45,681 nucleotides of DNA from a virus (lineage: Duplodnaviria > Caudoviricetes): the IMG/VR virus record IMGVR_UViG_3300030433_003470, positions 1 to 45,681 of that record; one strand, 5' to 3'. The position numbers were made by a program, and so were the translations under genes. The notes beneath the pieces were generated by a model that had not been told where the DNA came from, did no database searches, and saw only the letters and a list, made by a program, of their open reading frames with translations. Position 1 is the stretch's first letter. Each line of letters opens with the position of its first letter. This document shows positions 39,761-45,681 of the stretch, piece after piece.

Positions 39761-39966
39761 TAATCCACTGCCGATATTAAATTTGCTTGAACAAACTCAA
39801 CTTTTTTATTTTTATTTTTTGGATCTTGTAAGGTTAGATATTGTTCTGAATTCCAGCGGAGATATTGAATATCCTCTAACAACCAAACTTTATTTTTGTA
39901 ATATACTGGAGAACCAATATAAGCTCTTTTTCCATTTCCATCTAAAGTAAATCTTGTTGTCGACAT
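39760..39966 (-). CDS. Hypothetical small beta-rich protein (68 aa)
   Basis: AAGGAGG ribosome-binding site. Confidence 0.7.
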   Translation of the reverse strand: MSTTRFTLDGNGKRAYIGSPVYYKNKVWLLEDIQYLRWNSEQYLTLQDPKNKNKKVEFVQANLISAVD

Positions 39967-39979
39967 TTCAACCCTCCTT

Positions 39980-40210
39980 TTAAGGGGTTTCTAGCCCCTC
40001 CTCTGTTCGGTTTATAGCAAAATCATCTAATGCATCGCTGCATTCTATTGCTTCTGCTAATATTGTAGTCCATTTATCAACTTCTTTTAAGATATCAGTA
40101 TGCTCTCCCACCATAACAGTTTGAGTAAATAACATATCTAACATTGCTCTTGCTTCTTCTGCTTGGGCTTCATACTTTAATTTTGCTGCATTAAATAATT
40201 TATTATTCAT
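39980..40210 (-). CDS. Hypothetical phage protein (76 aa)
   Basis: Helical hairpin with a VGEH motif; GAGG ribosome-binding site and ATGA overlap. Confidence 0.7.
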   Translation of the reverse strand: MNNKLFNAAKLKYEAQAEEARAMLDMLFTQTVMVGEHTDILKEVDKWTTILAEAIECSDALDDFAINRTEEGLETP

Positions 40211-40584
40211 AAAACCTCTTTTTCTTTTTCTTCAAAAAATGAAATTGTATTATATTTTTTAATATAGCGATTAAATTCCATATAGTCAACCCCTAAAAAT
40301 CTAGCGGCTTCTTTTTTTGTTCTTGCAATACTCAATGCTGTTTTTAAAAGAGCATCTGTAACTGCATGTCTAGTGAGTCTCCAAATGGGTATACCATAAA
40401 GCTTGCCATAAAGATATCTGGTAGATAATTCTAATTTTATAGCTATTAAATCTTCTAAAGATATATTATTAATATTATTTAAAGTATCATCAGTAATTTT
40501 CTTTTCAGATTTAAGTTTATTTATTATACTATAATTAGAATATTTTGTAAAGGGTTTTTTATTTCTCTTGTTTTTCCAAGACAT
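40207..40584 (-). CDS. Fis-like helix-turn-helix DNA-binding protein
   Basis: ALLKTALSIARTKKEAARFLGVDYMEFNRYIKKY resembles the HTH_8 AL...AA..LG pattern. Confidence 0.6.
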   Translation of the reverse strand: MSWKNKRNKKPFTKYSNYSIINKLKSEKKITDDTLNNINNISLEDLIAIKLELSTRYLYGKLYGIPIWRLTRHAVTDALLKTALSIARTKKEAARFLGVDYMEFNRYIKKYNTISFFEEKEKEVL

Positions 40585-40586
40585 TC

Positions 40587-41321
40587 TTAACCTTGATCGT
40601 AATCTGGTGATTCTGGTTCTGGTAGTGTGGGTTGCAATTCCTCTTCAAATCTATCAAAATAAAGTTTAAGATTAGTTAACATATATTCTTTATATAATTT
40701 TCTATCTTCTCCATCAGCTAAACTTTCATAAGCATCTTGAATTTGATTTTCAATTTTATTAAATGTAGTAGAAGCAAAGTTTCTACCAGTTATATTCATA
40801 CCTTTAAGATCTTGGAATGTTTCTGGCTCAGAATCTTCAACATCTTGAGGCATATCTTGATCTCGTACTGGAATAAATTTATCCTCTTCAACATCAATAT
40901 CTAATGTTACTTCTTCTTCTAATTCATTTTCTTCTTGACTTTTTTCTGCAGCTGCGCTAATATCTACTGGCTCTAAAGAGTTTTCAACAGCGTTTAATAT
41001 GTGTGCCCTAAATGACTCTCGCTGTTCTTTTGAAGTTGTTAGACCTTTATATGCATCCTCAATAATGGGTATAACGACTTTTAAAGTATCCTCAAGAACA
41101 TTTATTCCAGTTGATCTTTGCGGCGGACCATCAGGAACGTCTGCGGTTGTTGTTTCTTTAATTAAGGATCTAATGACTTTTCTAAGTCTTTGCTCTTCAA
41201 GAAATACTTTTTCTTTTTTTTCTGAAAGATAGTTTTCCAAAAGATTACGTACCACCTTACGGAATCTGCGCTCTTCTTGCTGCTCTTTAAGTTCTTTTAA
41301 AAGTTCATCGCGATTAATCAT
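40587..41321 (-). CDS. Acidic hypothetical protein, candidate internal head protein (~244 aa)
   Basis: GGAG before the ATG at 41321; repeated motifs FRKVVRNLLE and LRKVIRSLIKE. Confidence 0.65.
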   Translation of the reverse strand: MINRDELLKELKEQQEERRFRKVVRNLLENYLSEKKEKVFLEEQRLRKVIRSLIKETTTADVPDGPPQRSTGINVLEDTLKVVIPIIEDAYKGLTTSKEQRESFRAHILNAVENSLEPVDISAAAEKSQEENELEEEVTLDIDVEEDKFIPVRDQDMPQDVEDSEPETFQDLKGMNITGRNFASTTFNKIENQIQDAYESLADGEDRKLYKEYMLTNLKLYFDRFEEELQPTLPEPESPDYDQG

Positions 41322-43308
41322 TAAGTTGCACTCCAAGTTTCTGTAATAAATAGTTTAACGCCTCATTAACTTCTTTTTCAGAAACTTTTTTACGTTTTCT
41401 AGGTTTAGCACCGAGAGGCAGAGCATATCCTTCGACAGAACCGCCAGCCATAGAGGATATTTCCTCTAACTCGTCTTCTTCTTCCAAAACTTCATCGACT
41501 AACCCACGAAAGATACCCAAAAAGGGTTCGTTAACCTCCTTGAGTTCTTTGTTTACCATATCTGCTATATAGTCTACTCTATCTTTTGAAGTGTCTGGCA
41601 AAAATCGTTCGATATCTTCATCGTTTTTCAAAGCATTTCTAAAATCAGTGGCGCTTAATACTTCACCGATAGGATCAAAAGCATAATCAAGAGGGTTTAA
41701 AACTTCTGCATCTTCAACATATTTTTGAACATTACCAGCAAAGCGTTCTGCAGCATCTCCACCTTTTGTTGAAGCTCCAAGAATAATTTTTGCTCCTTTC
41801 ATCTCAGGAGAGTTTCCGTATTCCATCGCGGCTCTTACAGGTGAAGCTGTTTGAGGAATCTCAACGTCGACGTTAGTAAGATTGGCGTCATCTAAATAAA
41901 GATTTAAAATCACTTCAGCAGTTTTGGCTGTAATTCCATCTTTTTCTTTTGGACTAATCAATACAACCACTCTATCAGCAATTTTAGAGTAGTGTTCTAT
42001 CATGTCTAGATGACCCCTGTGAGCCGGTTTAAACTTTCCTGGTAAAATAGCGACAGTTTCGCCTTTATTTTGTTCTATAAGCATTTCTCTCACCATCTGT
42101 GGTATTTTACCTCTTCCGTACTTAAATAGTCCCAAAAGTTGGTTCATTGGAGCAAAGTTTCCTGTAAACTTGTACATCTGACCATCGTACTGAAAAACAA
42201 AGCCTTCTACAACGGTATCGATATTACCATGATGTTTTAGTTTATCAAGTTGTCGAACTAAAATGTCTTGTGCTGCTTTTTTTTCTGGACCATCATAAGT
42301 TTGAATGGCACGAATTGCGTCTTCTGTTTCTTTCTTTAATCTCTCAACCTCTGCCTCATTGTCTAAAATATAAGCGCTTTTTAATCCTCGGAGAAGCTCT
42401 ACGGCAAAATCATGAATTGCTAGTTCTATTGGTTGAATTAGTTTACCAATTATAAATTTTGAGCTTCTATTAAAACCAGAGACCTTTTCTTTGATGTTCC
42501 TATTCATGCCCTTTGTAATTTGAGAGGTTGTTGGTGCTGATTTATCGCCAAGCATTCTTCTAACTAAGAGCTTTACTCTTTCATCATCTAATTCCGGTAA
42601 ATTTTTTGCGGTAAATGGAGTGAGTTTATTGCGAAGATAATCATTAATTGTCATATCTCCCGAATAACCTGTACGCTGTATTCTATCTAAGACTTTTTGA
42701 ATAAACTCTTCATCTGTAATCTTATTAAGAGTAAGAAAAGCAGTTCTACGCACGCTAAAATCTTCGTCTGCAGTCGCCTCTTCAAACCTATCAATAACTT
42801 TGTCTAAAAATGCTGATTGCTTTTCATTTGCCACGACTTCCAATGAGTTATCTTCTTTATTGTATTTTTTATGACCCATGCGGTGAATATTCACGACATT
42901 TTCGTCATAGTTCACAACATTTGGAGCAACTGGACCTTGGATTTCGGTGTTGTAGAATATTTCACCATTAGGTCCAAAGATTTGAGATTTTTCTTTTTCT
43001 GAAAGTGAATCTAGTGCGGCAACATAAGCATTAAAAGCGGTAACATAAGCACGTTTTGATTCTTCGCCACCACGAAATTCACGATTGATTAAATCCTCAA
43101 AGGTCATTCCACCGCGGGACATATCACCCTTATTACGAGCAGCACGAGGTTTGCCGTCTACATATCCAAGAAAAATATTATAACCATCGGTCTTTTCTGT
43201 TCCTACAAGTTCACCTTTTGCGGCTTTTTGTAGGATCTCTGCCATTTTGTTAAAGGTAAGATCACGATTATCGTAAAGATGTGATAAGTGTCCTGCTACA
43301 CCACCCAT
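41314..43308 (-). CDS. Fusion of a ligase/capping-type nucleotidyltransferase domain and an HxGH cytidylyltransferase-like domain
   Basis: TEKTDG (motif I), FYNTEI (III), EGFVF (IV) and YKFTG (V); then ILPGKFKPAHRGH and LSATDFR. Confidence 0.72.
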   Translation of the reverse strand: MGGVAGHLSHLYDNRDLTFNKMAEILQKAAKGELVGTEKTDGYNIFLGYVDGKPRAARNKGDMSRGGMTFEDLINREFRGGEESKRAYVTAFNAYVAALDSLSEKEKSQIFGPNGEIFYNTEIQGPVAPNVVNYDENVVNIHRMGHKKYNKEDNSLEVVANEKQSAFLDKVIDRFEEATADEDFSVRRTAFLTLNKITDEEFIQKVLDRIQRTGYSGDMTINDYLRNKLTPFTAKNLPELDDERVKLLVRRMLGDKSAPTTSQITKGMNRNIKEKVSGFNRSSKFIIGKLIQPIELAIHDFAVELLRGLKSAYILDNEAEVERLKKETEDAIRAIQTYDGPEKKAAQDILVRQLDKLKHHGNIDTVVEGFVFQYDGQMYKFTGNFAPMNQLLGLFKYGRGKIPQMVREMLIEQNKGETVAILPGKFKPAHRGHLDMIEHYSKIADRVVVLISPKEKDGITAKTAEVILNLYLDDANLTNVDVEIPQTASPVRAAMEYGNSPEMKGAKIILGASTKGGDAAERFAGNVQKYVEDAEVLNPLDYAFDPIGEVLSATDFRNALKNDEDIERFLPDTSKDRVDYIADMVNKELKEVNEPFLGIFRGLVDEVLEEEDELEEISSMAGGSVEGYALPLGAKPRKRKKVSEKEVNEALNYLLQKLGVQLND
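41346..41354 (-). promoter_or_regulatory. Candidate late promoter motif ACTATTTAT
   Basis: About 25 nt before the ATG at 41321, inside the 3' end of the upstream gene. Confidence 0.4.
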
Positions 43309-43312
43309 AAAT

Positions 43313-43564
43313 TTATTTTCCTTCTTCTAATATTCTTACTTGCTCCTCTAGAAGTGAAATTTTATTTTCGAGAGTTCTAACAACTCTTTTTATTTCAAGT
43401 AAGTTTTGACGAGCAACTGATAGTTGTCTACTTTCCCTTTGACTTTTTGGTCGTACTTCGTCTAAGATACGAAGAACAGACTCGACGTAAGCACGAGCAG
43501 TAGGATTGCTTTTAACCTCTCCTATCAAAAAGTCTCTGGTCATCTTTCTTAGATCAACTTTCAT
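43313..43564 (-). CDS. Small coiled-coil protein (83 aa)
   Basis: Heptad-patterned C-terminus; TAATG overlap with the upstream gene. Confidence 0.65.
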   Translation of the reverse strand: MKVDLRKMTRDFLIGEVKSNPTARAYVESVLRILDEVRPKSQRESRQLSVARQNLLEIKRVVRTLENKISLLEEQVRILEEGK

Positions 43565-44298
43565 TAGCTGTCCTTGTTCATTTCTTCTAAGATGTCGCGA
43601 ACAGCATCGCGAAGGGCAGACTCGTCTAGGTCTTCAAGAACCTCTTCTTTTGACTCGGTTGACATTGGATGAGCCTCTGCTAAAGCGTCTTCTTTTTCTT
43701 CCTCATCTAGCTCTTCTGGTGCTTCTTCTAGTTGGGCAGTTTTGTAATCAGCATCAGATAGATCATAGGTGCCCATACCCTCATTCAAGAACGATTTTTC
43801 TTTTGGCTTGTACCCCCATTTGTCCATGAGTAGCTCTCCAAATTCTTTATTTCTCCAGTTTTTGTAAGACATTTTCTGTTCTCCTTTAGTGTCTTTATCT
43901 TTATAATTAGTTTCTTCAAGTCGATTCTTCAAGCTATCTTCAAAATCACGAAAACACATATTTCCTTTTTCATATGCTTCACGTTCCATTTCTCTCATGT
44001 GTGGATCTTTTTGAGCATATCCAGGACCGGTTGGACCCATACTCATTAAATCACCTCTTTCATTTTGTAGGTGGTGAACTAACTCATGAGCAAGAGAGCG
44101 AAGACAATCTTTCATATGCCTACCGGTTGTATATACAGTGATAGACTCTTCCGCCGGATCGTAGTGGGCAGTTTTACCAAAAGGCTTCATGCTGTTTTTT
44201 TGATCTTGTGCAAAAACTATAGAGGGTTTGTTTTGCAGTTTGTAGCGTTGGTGAAAAAACTCTATTAAGTCATTAGCGTATGTGCGGATATTGTTCAA
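43564..44298 (-). CDS. HExxH metallopeptidase-like protein with an acidic tail
   Basis: SLAHELVHHLQ...EREAY; TTG start. Confidence 0.7.
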   Translation of the reverse strand: MNNIRTYANDLIEFFHQRYKLQNKPSIVFAQDQKNSMKPFGKTAHYDPAEESITVYTTGRHMKDCLRSLAHELVHHLQNERGDLMSMGPTGPGYAQKDPHMREMEREAYEKGNMCFRDFEDSLKNRLEETNYKDKDTKGEQKMSYKNWRNKEFGELLMDKWGYKPKEKSFLNEGMGTYDLSDADYKTAQLEEAPEELDEEEKEDALAEAHPMSTESKEEVLEDLDESALRDAVRDILEEMNKDS

Positions 44299-44300
44299 AA

Positions 44301-44555
44301 TTAACTCTCAATCTCTTCGGAGAGTTGTTTCATTTTTTCAATTAGTTCGCTAGCCTTCATGAAATCATTCTTATCCAATGCATCTTTTATGGCTTGACGA
44401 AGTACTTCCGATCTTTTGCTAAGTTCTTTGGATTTTTCGAAACTTTTTTCAGCGGACATTCTGCTAGAGATGGCTTTCATGATATTTCTTTCTTGCTCAA
44501 GAATATAATTCGTCAGTTCTTCTTTAATCACTTCTGCAAGATAAGATTTTTTCAT
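44301..44555 (-). CDS. Small helical protein with a UVR (UvrB/C)-like C-terminal hairpin
   Basis: AGGAG ribosome-binding site; LRQAIKDALDKNDFMKASELIEKMKQL. Confidence 0.6.
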   Translation of the reverse strand: MKKSYLAEVIKEELTNYILEQERNIMKAISSRMSAEKSFEKSKELSKRSEVLRQAIKDALDKNDFMKASELIEKMKQLSEEIES

Positions 44556-44600
44556 TTTGTTTTTCTCCTAAGCCTTGAAATTGAAAATATAATTTCTAGA

Positions 44601-44609
44601 ATAAATAGT
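44601..44609 (-). promoter_or_regulatory. Candidate late promoter motif ACTATTTAT upstream of the putative internal-protein block
   Basis: Intergenic, about 46 nt before the ATG at 44555. Confidence 0.55.
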
Positions 44610-44631
44610 GTGAAAAAATGATTATCTCACT

Positions 44632-45630
44632 TTACACTTCGTGAGGCGAACGAGAAAACACAAGAGACTTAACGAAAGGATTGGTATCAAATCTTTGTTT
44701 AATATGAGCTTCCATGTGACTAGAATCAATGAAGCGCTTAAGAGTTCCATTTTCATTAACTGCAAAGTGACCAACATTTTCTAGAACGTCCATCTTGTTA
44801 AATACAATGTGAGTTGCACCATTAATATTAATTGCTTTTTCTAGAAAATTTAAATTCATCCAGTTGACTTGCCTAACTCTACCAGTTGTAGCGCCAAATT
44901 CTTGACCTTCTTTTTGTATTTTATTAAACACCTCGCCTGCGGGTTGAAACTTCTTAGACCCAACGTAAGTTTCATAAGATTTTGCAACTCCATAAACGCT
45001 TCTAACTGTTTGAGGCGGAACACCATTCATCAGAGCAGCTGCGGAAATACAGTTAGACGAAGTAACATAAGGATAGGACCCCCAGTCAATATCAAGACCA
45101 AACCCTTGGGCACCCTCAAAAAGAATAATTGGGTTTGCATATCGTTCGTGTAGCTCTTCATAAAGATCTATTAAGTATGGTCGAAGTTCAGCTACGTTTT
45201 CAGCTCTTACTCCCGTTCTAGCAAACTTATCACGATAAGCGGGACCATTGCCTCGTTTAGTTGTGCCTATTTTTGTTTCTCTTGCTTCCTCTTCAATATG
45301 GTTTTGCGTAATAATGTGAGCATTTTTAGCGATAAATACAAGACCATCTGTATCAATACCGCCTGCTTTTAACTCTTCAATCTCTTTGAAAAACTGCTCC
45401 ACGTTGACGACACACCCCGGACCAATAATGGACCGAATGCCAAAAAATACACCGGCAGGTATGTGATGAGTAACAAATTTTTTCCCTCTATGAAAGATAG
45501 TGTGCCCTGCATTGCAACCACCATTGTATCTGATAACATGTGTATACTCTCCTGTTTTACAAAGGTGGTGTGTAACCTTTCCTTTTCCACAATCACCATA
45601 TTGTAAATCTACAACAATATCTGAAATCAT
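44632..45630 (-). CDS. purA: Adenylosuccinate synthetase, short form (~332 aa)
   Basis: QYGDCGKGK, GGCNAGHT, IGTTKRGNGPAY, FEGAQG, YPYVTSS, EFGATTGR and NKMD; GGAGG before the ATG at 45630. Confidence 0.93.
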   Translation of the reverse strand: MISDIVVDLQYGDCGKGKVTHHLCKTGEYTHVIRYNGGCNAGHTIFHRGKKFVTHHIPAGVFFGIRSIIGPGCVVNVEQFFKEIEELKAGGIDTDGLVFIAKNAHIITQNHIEEEARETKIGTTKRGNGPAYRDKFARTGVRAENVAELRPYLIDLYEELHERYANPIILFEGAQGFGLDIDWGSYPYVTSSNCISAAALMNGVPPQTVRSVYGVAKSYETYVGSKKFQPAGEVFNKIQKEGQEFGATTGRVRQVNWMNLNFLEKAININGATHIVFNKMDVLENVGHFAVNENGTLKRFIDSSHMEAHIKQRFDTNPFVKSLVFSRSPHEV

Positions 45631-45654
45631 AAAACCCTCCAAATGAGGTTTTAT
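45629..45654 (-). promoter_or_regulatory. RNA hairpin covering the purA Shine-Dalgarno sequence and start codon
   Basis: mRNA AUAAAACCUC-AUUUG-GA(G)GGUUUUAU forms a 10-bp stem with one bulge. Confidence 0.5.
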
Positions 45655-45681
45655 TATAACATAAGGGAATAAATAGTTAAA
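45653..45681 (-). promoter_or_regulatory. Sigma70-type promoter of purA, with an ACTATTTAT motif nested inside it
   Basis: Minus strand TTTAAC-17 nt-TATAAT with a TG extended -10; ACTATTTAT at 45677-45669. Confidence 0.6.

Noticed and set aside
84-45153. Numerous short + strand ORFs in the track (other than 38619-39377)
   Set aside because: They are antisense shadows of long minus-strand genes, with no recognisable motifs.
44632-45630. PurZ / 2-aminoadenine (Z-genome) pathway
   Set aside because: PurZ has Ser at the catalytic Asp position (GSxxKG) and altered Arg and GTP motifs. This protein keeps GDxGKG, TTGR and NKxD, and no datZ/mazZ-like gene is visible in the window.
1-45681. Stop-codon reassignment (as in some large phages)
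   Set aside because: Genes are full length and tightly packed under the standard code, and TAA, TGA and one TAG (36817) all act as stops.

Overview
This is an AT-rich, densely coding segment of a large, probably T4-distant myovirus. Every gene except one is on the minus strand, many are coupled by ATGA/TAATG overlaps, and the standard genetic code fits. In the direction of transcription (right to left) it contains four blocks. (1) purA, then a block of acidic putative internal-head proteins, including a KxDG ligase-type plus HxGH nucleotidyltransferase fusion and a HExxH peptidase. (2) Small genes, a Fis-like HTH protein, a lone plus-strand lipoprotein serine protease, PIN-PhoH, a second zincin and a Cas4/AddB-like nuclease. 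(3) A ~16-kb, 17-gene sugar-nucleotide and glycosyltransferase island (gmd, fcl/colC, ColD-like, Per-like, FdtB-like, Gfo oxidoreductase, N-formyltransferase, methyltransferase, ~9 GT-like genes) with no export or membrane machinery. (4) An FmdB zinc-ribbon gene, a gp55-like sigma factor and a baseplate module: a split gp5-like hub (OB fold, alpha/beta-hydrolase, MepA-like), an HxH spike, a ~1785-aa protein, gp25, gp6-like, a DNRLRE-like protein and a >=1448-aa LamG protein that runs off the left edge and is absent from the ORF track. Non-coding signals are a recurrent sense-strand ACTATTTAT motif (candidate late promoter), three extended -10 sigma70-type promoters and a hairpin occluding the purA ribosome-binding site. 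No tRNA, rRNA, CRISPR array or mobile element was seen. All functional calls come from motif recognition by eye, not database searches.
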